A stretch of 25,765 nucleotides of DNA, from the NCBI GenBank assembly GCA_964347045.1, contig CAYFXC010000028.1:1-25765 (forward strand). The letters are read 5' to 3'. The first letter of the stretch is position 1; every line of letters starts with the position of its first letter. The stretch comes from an uncultured archaeon. Its GTDB lineage: Archaea; Asgardarchaeota; Hermodarchaeia; Hermodarchaeales; Hermodarchaeaceae. This document shows positions 9,296 to 17,350 of this stretch, one piece after another. The position numbers were made by a program, and so were the translations under genes. The notes under the pieces were generated by a model that was given only the letters and a program-made list of their open reading frames with translations, was not told the DNA's origin and did no database searches.

Positions 9296-9393
9296 AGGCC
9301 TTCCCTACCATTCAAGGTGATTCAAACATTACATTTTAGCGTTACGCCTCACCATCTTTACGCGTTACATTTTTGCACTTCTTGTTGAGGTTC

Positions 9394-9454
9394 GTGATAG
9401 GGGCAAGCTTATATACGATGTAGAATACCCCTATTCACCTTAACAGTGTTAAGG
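9394..9454 (+). promoter_or_regulatory. Promoter and palindromic operator(s) of the tusA-dsrE-iscS-iscU operon
   Basis: TATA-like TTATATA at 9409-9415; perfect palindrome CCTTAACA-G-TGTTAAGG at 9438-9454; imperfect inverted repeat GTGATAGGGG (9394-9403) / CCCCTATTCAC (9428-9438) around the TATA box. Confidence 0.6.
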
Positions 9455-9479
9455 AGTATGGTTCTGGAGGCGTATACGA

Positions 9480-9740
9480 GTGCCAGAAAAAAACAAAAGC
9501 AGTGAAATAGAAATTCATCATCGGATTGATGCACGAGGTTTGTATTGTCCAATCCCCGTATACAAAACACGTCAAGCCGTATTGGAGGCGAAACCCCAAG
9601 AAGTGGTTGAAATTCTTTCAGATGATCCTGCTTCTGAAGAAGACATTTCACGATGGGCGAAACGAACTGGAAATACAATCCTTCATCTTGAACACTGTGA
9701 TGATTATTTGCGGTTCCTAATTCAAAAAACAGATAGGTGA
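9480..9740 (+). CDS. tusA: Sulfurtransferase TusA/SirA family protein
   Basis: IDARGLYCPIPV (CPxP), ILSDDPASEEDISRWAKRTG; GTG start with GGAGG RBS. Confidence 0.92.
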   Translation: MPEKNKSSEIEIHHRIDARGLYCPIPVYKTRQAVLEAKPQEVVEILSDDPASEEDISRWAKRTGNTILHLEHCDDYLRFLIQKTDR

Positions 9741-9746
9741 AAAATA

Positions 9747-10109
9747 ATGGCGGTGAAAATGCTCTATGTCGTAGTTAGCGGTATAGATACTCCAGAACGC
9801 CTTTATGCCCCTTTTATACTTGCTACAACGGCCTGTCATTTAGATATTGATGCCACGATTTATTTTGTCATTAAATGTGTGACGGTCATGAAGAAAGGTG
9901 AAGCAGAGAAAATTATGATGGGTAATTTCCCGCCACCTAATGAAGTAATTGAGCAAACAATTAAGGCGGGTGTTGAACTCGTAGCCTGCGATCAAAGCAC
10001 TCAAGTGCTGGGAATAGATCGAGGTGGATATGTTGAAGAATGTGGTGTCGTTGGTGCCACAACATTAAACGATCTTGCCTCAGAAGCTGATGCAATCCTC
10101 ACCTTCTAG
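9747..10109 (+). CDS. DsrE/DsrF-like sulfur carrier family protein
   Basis: YAPFILATTA...ATIYF, GVELVACDQS (conserved Cys), VVGATTL...EADAILTF C-terminus; AGGTGA RBS. Confidence 0.82.
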   Translation: MAVKMLYVVVSGIDTPERLYAPFILATTACHLDIDATIYFVIKCVTVMKKGEAEKIMMGNFPPPNEVIEQTIKAGVELVACDQSTQVLGIDRGGYVEECGVVGATTLNDLASEADAILTF

Positions 10110-10139
10110 CGGAAATTGATATGTGGGAGACAGGAAAAA

Positions 10140-11354
10140 ATGGTAATACAAACTAATTTCAATCATAGTGCGGGTGTTCCTGTCGATGAACGTGTGCTTA
10201 AAGCCATGGAACCCTATTTTCGCACTTACTATGGAAATCCATCATCAGTGCATACAGCTGGCCAGCAATCTGCCAAAGCAATTGCCAATGCTCGGGTTCA
10301 AGTTGGGCAACTAATCGGCGCTGAATCCAAGGATCGAATATTATTCACAAGCGGAGCCACAGAAGCCAATAACTTAGCACTACAAGGATACGCGTATCGC
10401 CATCGACGAAAAGGGAATCACATTATAATCTCTCAGGTCGAGCATCTAAGCATTATTAATACTGCAAAATTCCTTAGCAAACAAGGCTTTGAATATACTC
10501 AGCTACCTGTTGATAAATACGGTATTGTCGACTTAAAAGCACTTGAAAAAGCGATTACGGAACAAACTATTCTACTTTCAATTCAACATGCTAATAATGA
10601 AGTAGGAACAATCCAACCACTAGTGGATATAGCAAAAATCGCTAACGATGCTGAAGTTCCCCTTCATGTAGACGCCGTTGCAAGTGTCGGTCAGATACCG
10701 ATAAATGTGTCAGAATTAGACATTGCAATGCTCACCCTTTCTTCAAATGACATATATGGACCCAAAGGCATGGGTGCGCTTTATGCAAAAAAAGAAATTG
10801 CCCTCCAGCCAATCCTACTCGGAGGAGGTCAAGAATTTGGAATCCGTTCTGGATCTGAAAATGTACCTGGAATTGTAGGTATGGGTGTCGCCGCTGAGAT
10901 CGCAATGAATGAACTTCCCAAACATGCAGAACACCTCTCAGGACTGCGTGATAAACTAATTAGCGGTGTACTTGAGAGGGTAGATGAAGCATACTTGAAT
11001 GGTCACCCCATAAAACGCCTACCTAATAACGCTAACATTCGATTTAGTTACATTGAAGGAGAGGCCATAACTTTGCATCTAAGTTTCCAAGGATTCCTCG
11101 TTGCAACTAGCTCCGCATGCACTTCGAAAACACTTGCCCCCTCACATTGTTTACTAAGTATGGGTATCTCAGAAGCTGAAGCGCATGGTGCACTCCAGCT
11201 AACTTTAGGTCGTGAAAACACGAAAACACAAATCAATCTATTCGTCGATATATTACCGCCGATTATTGAAAAACTTAGAGCTATGTCACCACTTTCAAAA
11301 GATGTCCCCTATGATCTTTTCGAAAGCGAGGATAAAGAACATCACCATCATTAA
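10140..11354 (+). CDS. iscS: IscS/NifS-family cysteine-desulfurase homolog, Archaeoglobus type (PLP Lys replaced by Asp)
   Basis: GNPSSVH, FTSGATEANN, EHLSI, NNEVGTIQP, GGGQE, RSGSENV and SSACTS (Cys codon 11118-11120). SSNDIYGPKG replaces S(A/G)HKxYGPKG. ATG 10140 is preferred over TTG 10116. Confidence 0.9.
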   Translation: MVIQTNFNHSAGVPVDERVLKAMEPYFRTYYGNPSSVHTAGQQSAKAIANARVQVGQLIGAESKDRILFTSGATEANNLALQGYAYRHRRKGNHIIISQVEHLSIINTAKFLSKQGFEYTQLPVDKYGIVDLKALEKAITEQTILLSIQHANNEVGTIQPLVDIAKIANDAEVPLHVDAVASVGQIPINVSELDIAMLTLSSNDIYGPKGMGALYAKKEIALQPILLGGGQEFGIRSGSENVPGIVGMGVAAEIAMNELPKHAEHLSGLRDKLISGVLERVDEAYLNGHPIKRLPNNANIRFSYIEGEAITLHLSFQGFLVATSSACTSKTLAPSHCLLSMGISEAEAHGALQLTLGRENTKTQINLFVDILPPIIEKLRAMSPLSKDVPYDLFESEDKEHHHH

Positions 11355-11380
11355 GTATAACAAAACGAGATGAATAAAAC

Positions 11381-11767
11381 ATGTACAGTGAAAAAGTTGT
11401 AGAGCATTTCGCCAATCCCCGAAATATGGGTGAAATGGAAGACGCAGATGCCGTCGGAAAAGTCGGTAATCCAACATGTGGAGATCTCATTTGGATTTAC
11501 ATCAAGGTTAAAGATGATATCATCACAGATGTCACTTTCAAAACATTTGGATGTGCTGCTGCAATTGCCACTTCAAGTATGGTAACTGAACTCACGAAAG
11601 GCAAGACTCTGAAAGAAGCCTACAAGATAACCCGAAACGATGTTGCAGATAACCTTGAAGGATTACCACCAATCAAGATGCATTGCTCTAACTTGGCAGC
11701 AGATGGTCTACACAAAGCTATTGAAGAATATTTGCAAAAAACTGGTCGCACCATTGATGATCTTTAG
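11381..11767 (+). CDS. iscU: Fe-S cluster scaffold IscU/NifU-N
   Basis: MYSEKVVEHFANPRNMG, GNPTCGD, FGCAAAIA and LPPIKMHCSNLA; all three Cys plus the Asp and His are intact. Confidence 0.97.
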   Translation: MYSEKVVEHFANPRNMGEMEDADAVGKVGNPTCGDLIWIYIKVKDDIITDVTFKTFGCAAAIATSSMVTELTKGKTLKEAYKITRNDVADNLEGLPPIKMHCSNLAADGLHKAIEEYLQKTGRTIDDL

Positions 11768-11776
11768 TAGTCTGAG

Positions 11777-12163
11777 TTATTCATCAGGCGAAGCTATCAG
11801 TTTCTCAATGATTGCCTTGAAGGTCTCCGATGAGAGAGCACCTTTGATAAGATAGTCTTTGGCTCCCATGTCCATGACTTCTTGAACGGTTTCATCGTCG
11901 TCGATAGCAGTTAATGCGACGATTGCTACCTTTGGGTAATCAGTTGAGACCTGGCGGATTAGTTCGGTTCCGCTGATTTTTGGTAACACCAAATCAACGA
12001 AGAAGATGTGCGGGGGATTAGCCTTAAGCTTTTGGAGAGCTTCTTCCCCATCTACAGCGGTCTCTATTTCATAGTCTCTAAGTAGTAACTGCGCCGCTCG
12101 AAGGAATGTTTCAGAGTCATCTGCTAACAGAATTTTTATGCTATGCGATTTCTTGGAAACCAA
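11777..12163 (-). CDS. Stand-alone response-regulator receiver (CheY-like) domain
   Basis: ILLADDS acidic pocket, FFVDLVLP phosphoacceptor Asp, ALTA Thr and DYLIKG Lys. The probable TTG start at 12163 overlaps the upstream gene's end (ORF track start 12229). Confidence 0.9.
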   Translation of the reverse strand: MVSKKSHSIKILLADDSETFLRAAQLLLRDYEIETAVDGEEALQKLKANPPHIFFVDLVLPKISGTELIRQVSTDYPKVAIVALTAIDDDETVQEVMDMGAKDYLIKGALSSETFKAIIEKLIASPDE

Positions 12164-13595
12164 TTTGTGGTTTTCCCTCCACAAGGTGTGTATAGATACA
12201 ATATTGAGGAGTCGGGGGATTGATACCATGAAATATTGTGACTCCTTCCTTAACAGCTAAATTAACATGAATGTCCGAAAGATCCGCCAAATATTGGTTA
12301 ATCTCTGGCGTACTACTATAGCCGATAGTGACGGCGAGGTTACTTTCGGTAGCTGTGTCGTTGGCGATGCGTGTTGCCCATCGGGGGAGTTCCGCTGGAC
12401 CGAGCCAGGAATGCAGCCAGCCAAAACCGACAATACTAAGAAGGTCTTTGCACCCCTGATTCCGGAGTTCTTCTAATACCATGCTCCAGGCATTTTCAAG
12501 GTCAGAACTTTCACGAAAGGCTACCGTCTTATAATATGGTTCGCCAAGCTCTCCAGTCGCACTAGATACACCCAGACTTGTAGCCGCGCTTGCGAAAAGG
12601 CGAAGGTGTGTATTTAATTGATCAACAAAACCATAACGTAATGCGGCGGCTTTAAGGCGGCGAAAACTGAGTTTGTTGGGTGGTACAATAACTACTCCAC
12701 TTTTTTGTCGAAGAAAGTTTGCAATCATATTAAGTACTAGGCTATTGACCGTTTCATTGGCTACTCCTTCAGAGACATTGAGGAAAAAGGTGCTCCCACG
12801 ACGGAAACCACCAAAGATGGCGTCAAGTTCTTTTATACCTGATGAGAATCGACCACCTGTATGGGGAATAACCTCAAAATCCGAAACGCGAACAGCCTGC
12901 TCTGAATCATAAGAGTACAAAATAGTAAACCGATTACCACGAAGTGAAAACCCGCGCGTGGCTTGATCGATTGGAGTTCCACGCAACTTTATAATTCGGA
13001 TACTTCGCCACATACGTCCTTCTGTAAGTTCTTTAGTTACACAAACAATTCCATCGACAATGTGATCTAACGGTGATTCTTCAATTCCTTCAAAAACTAG
13101 AATAATTTTTCCGCTCAGTATACGACCAAGATTCGTTAATGCGCTTGTCAATCGCTGAGGATCTGCCTGTGCCGCTTCAATAATTGCATCAAATGAGTCA
13201 ATGATGCAAACAGGAGAGGTCATATCTCGTAGTCGATCATTTACAGCACTAATGAAGGTCAGCTCATCAGAATAAACCATTCGTGTTTTAGAGGGTTCCC
13301 CGGATTCAAAAGGGGCTTCTGGAACACCCATTATTGTAGGGGTGGCATCGACAATTTGGCTTTCCGGAAGCATCTCGAAAGCCCATGGAAACTGAGATTT
13401 CAAATTTGTGCTAGCAACACGTGAAGAAAGATAGATGAAGTTTTCAACGCTGAATCTGTCAGGAAGTGATTTAGTGAGTTGGTCTAAGAGAGATAAAGCA
13501 AATGTTGATTTGCCAGTTCCTGACCGTCCTTTAACAAGTAGCGTCTGTCCTTGTTCTTTTTTCAAGAATTCGATGAGTTCTGATGGGAAGGTCAC
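12141..13595 (-). CDS. Two-domain KaiC/RecA-fold ATPase, GvpD-like (intact N-domain P-loop, degenerate C-domain)
   Basis: N-domain: LLVKGRSGTGKS, YLSSRV, CIIDS, HIVDGIV, IKLRG. The second domain begins FSSGIKELDAIFGGFRRGS but has no Walker A. GTG 13595 has AGGTG upstream (alternative GTG 13607). Confidence 0.8.
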   Translation of the reverse strand: MTFPSELIEFLKKEQGQTLLVKGRSGTGKSTFALSLLDQLTKSLPDRFSVENFIYLSSRVASTNLKSQFPWAFEMLPESQIVDATPTIMGVPEAPFESGEPSKTRMVYSDELTFISAVNDRLRDMTSPVCIIDSFDAIIEAAQADPQRLTSALTNLGRILSGKIILVFEGIEESPLDHIVDGIVCVTKELTEGRMWRSIRIIKLRGTPIDQATRGFSLRGNRFTILYSYDSEQAVRVSDFEVIPHTGGRFSSGIKELDAIFGGFRRGSTFFLNVSEGVANETVNSLVLNMIANFLRQKSGVVIVPPNKLSFRRLKAAALRYGFVDQLNTHLRLFASAATSLGVSSATGELGEPYYKTVAFRESSDLENAWSMVLEELRNQGCKDLLSIVGFGWLHSWLGPAELPRWATRIANDTATESNLAVTIGYSSTPEINQYLADLSDIHVNLAVKEGVTIFHGINPPTPQYCIYTHLVEGKPQIGFQEIA

Positions 13596-13618
13596 GAGTT
13601 TGAGCACCTTTTATTTCT

Positions 13619-14158
13619 TTATTGTGTTGCCATTTCCGTATGTTCTAAGAGTAATTGTGAAATGATCTGGAAAAGTTCTTTGACGTTCGTTCCGTCTTTT
13701 GCGGAAGTTTCAGTATATCCTAGCATTTTGAGTTTTTTTCCAATCTTCTCAGCTAGCGCAGGTTCAACAACTCGGTCTTCTCTCAAATCGCTCTTATTAC
13801 CCACAAGATATAGAAGTACATCCGGTGCGCCCTGCTTTACATCGTTTACCCACTCATTAACACATTCTAAGGTATCTTTTCTAGTCAAATCAAATACGAC
13901 AATAGCAAAATCGGTTCCAAAGAGATACTGTACACGAACACGCCGAAAGGAGGTTTGGCCTGCCAGATCCCACACCTGAAGTGAAATATCTGAATCCCTG
14001 ATAGCGGTCTTGAATGTAAATATCGCCGCACCTAGAGTTGCTTTGTACCCTTCTTCAAAAGCATCAGTCATATAACGCTTGATGAGTGAGGTTTTCCCCA
14101 CGGCATAATCACCAATGATTGAAACCTTGAACATGTAACGGCTACTTTTTGGTACCAT
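13619..14158 (-). CDS. Rab-like small GTPase (Ras superfamily)
   Basis: G1 GDYAVGKT, G2 YKATLG, G3 WDLAGQ, G4 NKSD, G5 ETSAK. RabF-like SLQVW, FRRVR and VVFDLT. No C-terminal Cys prenylation motif. GGTGA RBS at 14168-14172. Confidence 0.95.
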   Translation of the reverse strand: MVPKSSRYMFKVSIIGDYAVGKTSLIKRYMTDAFEEGYKATLGAAIFTFKTAIRDSDISLQVWDLAGQTSFRRVRVQYLFGTDFAIVVFDLTRKDTLECVNEWVNDVKQGAPDVLLYLVGNKSDLREDRVVEPALAEKIGKKLKMLGYTETSAKDGTNVKELFQIISQLLLEHTEMATQ

Positions 14159-14265
14159 TCTGCGTTATCACCAAACCCAGTGTTGTTTCCCTCAGATGAG
14201 TATTTTCGATTAGAGTGATTTAAGCCCGTCGGTTTTGTTTCTCATGCTTTCTCCATTTTTAGTGA

Positions 14266-15006
14266 TTATTGAATGGGTGGTAAATCGGAGACCTGAATAC
14301 CTTTGTCACCTATTATAAGGAGGAGGGGGTTCATCTGGTGACTTGTGCCCCGCATTTTACCGATTTCAATAGTTCTAATTCGTACAGTTCCTTGGCTCAT
14401 AAGCTTCAAAATGATCACCCCGTCCATTAGAAATCCTTCAACATCGAAACGACCGATGCTATCATCTGTTGGACTTTCCACTGCGACTAAGCAGGTTGCT
14501 TTGCTCATACGGAGCGAGCGAACCATGTTGAGGAGATCATGTCGAATACGAAACAGATCCTTATGTTGAAGAGTCAGTGTTGATACCGAGTCGATGGCTA
14601 CTCGTTTTGCTTTAACGCGGCGTATTTCGCGATGAATTAAAGATAATAATGATTCCATCGTGAATTCTTCGCGACCAAGCACGGGGTGTTCTGGTTTAAG
14701 AACCACTCGTTCATTTTGAATCATCGGTGAAGCATCGACGAGTGCAATTAGTCCCCTATCGATGAGTTCTTGGAGGTCCCACCCAAATTGCTTCATATTT
14801 CGAACTGTCGATTCAATAGATTCTTCCATCGACACTAGTACACCTGGTTCCTTGAGTTCCATGGCGCCTTTGATGAGAAATTGGTTCATCAGAATCGATT
14901 TGCCAGTTCCTGGTCCTCCACTAATAAGAATCACCGCGCCTTTTGGAAATCCTCCGTGCAATGCTTCATCTAAGCCTGGTATGCCTGATTTTGTCTTTTC
15001 AGCCAC
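14266..15006 (-). CDS. Single-domain KaiC-like (RAD55 family) ATPase, all catalytic motifs intact
   Basis: SGIPGLDEALHGGFP, Walker A GGPGTGKS, SMEES catalytic Glu pair, Walker B VAIDS, DGVIIL and the KMRGT Arg finger. GTG 15006 is preferred over TTG 15042. Confidence 0.92.
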   Translation of the reverse strand: MAEKTKSGIPGLDEALHGGFPKGAVILISGGPGTGKSILMNQFLIKGAMELKEPGVLVSMEESIESTVRNMKQFGWDLQELIDRGLIALVDASPMIQNERVVLKPEHPVLGREEFTMESLLSLIHREIRRVKAKRVAIDSVSTLTLQHKDLFRIRHDLLNMVRSLRMSKATCLVAVESPTDDSIGRFDVEGFLMDGVIILKLMSQGTVRIRTIEIGKMRGTSHQMNPLLLIIGDKGIQVSDLPPIQ

Positions 15007-15202
15007 ACTAATCCCCCGATTATATGGTCTCCTTATATTCAAGTCCCAATTGATGGCTTAAGAGGTTTGCGTATCTCTTCAAAGTATTTAGAAACATCTA
15101 CAGACTTCCCAAAACCTTTTTTCTTTTCAAGAGAGCTAGAATACGAACTCGGCACTTGCGAAGTAAATACGATTTGCTAGTGATATTACCGAGGGGGCTA
15201 TC

Positions 15203-15910
15203 GTGATTCTCGATCCAATCCTGCAGGGAGGACTCCCTCATGGAACCAGTATTGCATTGATAGGACCACCAGGTTCAGGAAAAACTTGTCTTTGTCTTCA
15301 ATTAGTGTTGGATGCAGTAAATCAAGGACTTGATGGCTTATATCTTACAACTGAAAATACGCCATCTACTTTAGTCGAATATGCTCAAGGTTTTGGAATT
15401 CCTCTTCCAAATCAACCCACGAAAAACCCAATCCAATATGTCGATGCTTATAGCTGGAGAATTGGAATGCAAAAAGATCCATTTGCTTTTAGTCGAATTA
15501 GTAATCCTGGGAATCTTAATGAAGTAAATTTGATTATTACCGATCAAGCCAAACTTTTGAAGCCGGGTTCCATTGTTATTATTGATTCTATATCAGGTCT
15601 AAGCCTATCAGCTCCTGATGAACAACGAATTCGAACTTTTGTACATAGCCTTGCACAAAGGATTTGCATTCAAGGAAAGATTCTCGTTTTAATTCTCGAA
15701 GACAGGGCTCATGATCCTAGACTAATTACAAATCTTCGTTCTCTCGTTCAAGGGTCTATTCATACAAGGGTGGTTGATGGTTCCGATGGATCACTTCAAT
15801 GGTTTCTACGGATGTACAGCCTTATCGGAGTTCAACACGAGACTAGATGGTACGAAGTAGCCGTTGAAAAGAAGGGTCTAACCTTGAAAGGAGGTGCAAG
15901 AAGTGAATAA
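15203..15910 (+). CDS. Single-domain KaiC/RAD55-like ATPase lacking the Arg finger
   Basis: LDPILQGGLP, Walker A GPPGSGKT, TTEN, YVDAYSW and VIIDS. The KxRG position reads SLIG. GAGGGGG RBS. Confidence 0.85.
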   Translation: MILDPILQGGLPHGTSIALIGPPGSGKTCLCLQLVLDAVNQGLDGLYLTTENTPSTLVEYAQGFGIPLPNQPTKNPIQYVDAYSWRIGMQKDPFAFSRISNPGNLNEVNLIITDQAKLLKPGSIVIIDSISGLSLSAPDEQRIRTFVHSLAQRICIQGKILVLILEDRAHDPRLITNLRSLVQGSIHTRVVDGSDGSLQWFLRMYSLIGVQHETRWYEVAVEKKGLTLKGGARSE

Positions 15911-16586
15911 ACTAATCCATCTTGCTTTTGCCCCCACAGGAGCTTTACAAATTCCTCGGGGTTCACAGTTACTCATAATTGGACCTCCCAGTGTTGTCAA
16001 GACTTTGATTGCCCTAAGATATCTTGCTGATCGACTTAAAGCTGGTGAGCCTGCTGTTTTTGCAACCACACTTTGGTCTCCAAAACAAATTCGTGACTCA
16101 CTTCACCGAATGGGTGAAAGCCAAGTTGTTACCAAGCTTCGCATTGCTGACGGTATCTCTTGTGTAACTGCACAACCATCGCAGGAACCCTATTCTTTTC
16201 AAAATCTCTATGATTTAAACACTATCAACCTAGTCTTGCTCCAAGCTATTGCTGACCTTGAGAACGGTCATATTTGCCTGGATAATTTAACCACTTTGAT
16301 GACGTATTCATCACCGTTATCTGTCATTAAATTTCTTCAAGTTCTTTGTGCCAGAGTGAAAACCAAGGGAGTCACCGGTATCTATTTGATCGAAGAGGGA
16401 GTTCATGCAGAAACAATTGTTGCCACACTTCGATTTGTAGTTGATGGTGTTTTAGAAATTCAAGATGAAGAAGAGAAAGATCGTCTTAAACATAAGATTC
16501 GTTTAACTCATCTTCGTGGTACTCAGGTTGATTCACGTTGGCTCAAATATAACGAATCAAGCCATTTGATCAGAATCAAGAAGTGA
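15903..16586 (+). CDS. Degenerate KaiC/RAD55-like protein (broken P-loop, Arg finger retained)
   Basis: GPPSVVKT, TTLWS (no Glu), ICLDNL, RFVVDGVLEI and THLRG. GTG 15903 follows GGAGGTG and overlaps the upstream gene's end by 8 nt. Confidence 0.82.
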   Translation: MNKLIHLAFAPTGALQIPRGSQLLIIGPPSVVKTLIALRYLADRLKAGEPAVFATTLWSPKQIRDSLHRMGESQVVTKLRIADGISCVTAQPSQEPYSFQNLYDLNTINLVLLQAIADLENGHICLDNLTTLMTYSSPLSVIKFLQVLCARVKTKGVTGIYLIEEGVHAETIVATLRFVVDGVLEIQDEEEKDRLKHKIRLTHLRGTQVDSRWLKYNESSHLIRIKK

Positions 16587-16636
16587 ATTATCAGGCAAAA
16601 ATACTTCTTTTTGTGATATTGTTTGAAAATTGACTA

Positions 16637-17350
16637 TTATCCTTCTAAAAATCGCACTGAGCTGTCCTTGACTTGATTGAAGCTTGAGAATGTCTCATCT
16701 GATGATACTTCTTTAGTACTTGACTCTTTAGGTTTGGGTGGAAAGAGGTAGTAGATTATATCTTCAAAGGTTTCGATAAAACCTGGTACTAGTAAGATAG
16801 CGACTATACAGAGAACGAAAACACCGACAACACCTAAGATAAAGCTCATTGGATAGTGTGCCATTTCCCACGGTAGGATACCCATGTAGACAAGCCAGAT
16901 TTCAAAGACAACTCGCGCCACATTTGCAAAGAAGAGGATGATAGTGACAACAATCACAGCGAGGATTTTCCGCGACCAAGTACCTCTGGGCAAGGGAAGA
17001 ATTAATCCCATAAATACAGCAATTACTTGAATGCCCGTGCATTCACGTACAATTTGATACTGCTGAAATCCAATAACAAAAACGTAAACAATACCATTAA
17101 TCCAATCGATAAGAGCAAAAGAAGGAACACTAACCCAAGTTAAGAATACAGCTGATACGACGGCTGTTGGAATGCCGAGAATAAATGGTTGCGGAAGAAA
17201 ATATACTAAAAGCGTTATAGTAATAGCAATAATCAGGTACAAAACCAGAGCTCGCGGAGTCGGTCTTTCAATGTCTTCTGCTGAATCTTCAACTACTTTT
17301 TCTGGTTCGTCTCGGTTTCTAATTGGTTTATCAGTAGTTATTGGGTTCAC
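16637..17350 (-). CDS. Exosortase/archaeosortase family membrane protease-transpeptidase
   Basis: Multi-TM protein with the Cys-Arg-His triad in order: IVRECTG, ANVARV, EMAHY. Start uncertain (GTG 17350 chosen; the ORF is open to 17494). Confidence 0.85.
   Translation of the reverse strand: MNPITTDKPIRNRDEPEKVVEDSAEDIERPTPRALVLYLIIAITITLLVYFLPQPFILGIPTAVVSAVFLTWVSVPSFALIDWINGIVYVFVIGFQQYQIVRECTGIQVIAVFMGLILPLPRGTWSRKILAVIVVTIILFFANVARVVFEIWLVYMGILPWEMAHYPMSFILGVVGVFVLCIVAILLVPGFIETFEDIIYYLFPPKPKESSTKEVSSDETFSSFNQVKDSSVRFLEG

Noticed and set aside
10140-11354. IscS as a pseudogene or sequencing error; C-terminal HHHH as a cloning tag
   Set aside because: The ORF is intact and the Asn-Asp change spans two codons and matches a known Archaeoglobus-type variant. 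The tail has only four His after an acidic stretch in native operon context.
12141-13607. Gas vesicle gene cluster
   Set aside because: Only a GvpD-like ATPase is present; there is no gvpA or other structural gvp gene in the window.
12141-16586. Cyanobacterial-type KaiABC circadian clock
   Set aside because: No kaiA or kaiB and no protein with two intact KaiC domains. By eye, the S431/T432-equivalent positions read GF, DH, RF and RS, so the tandem phosphosite is absent.
14266-16586. RadA/RadB recombinases or archaellum FlaH
   Set aside because: No N-terminal HhH domain or RadA motifs and no archaellum/pilus genes nearby; the motifs fit generic KaiC/RAD55-like proteins.
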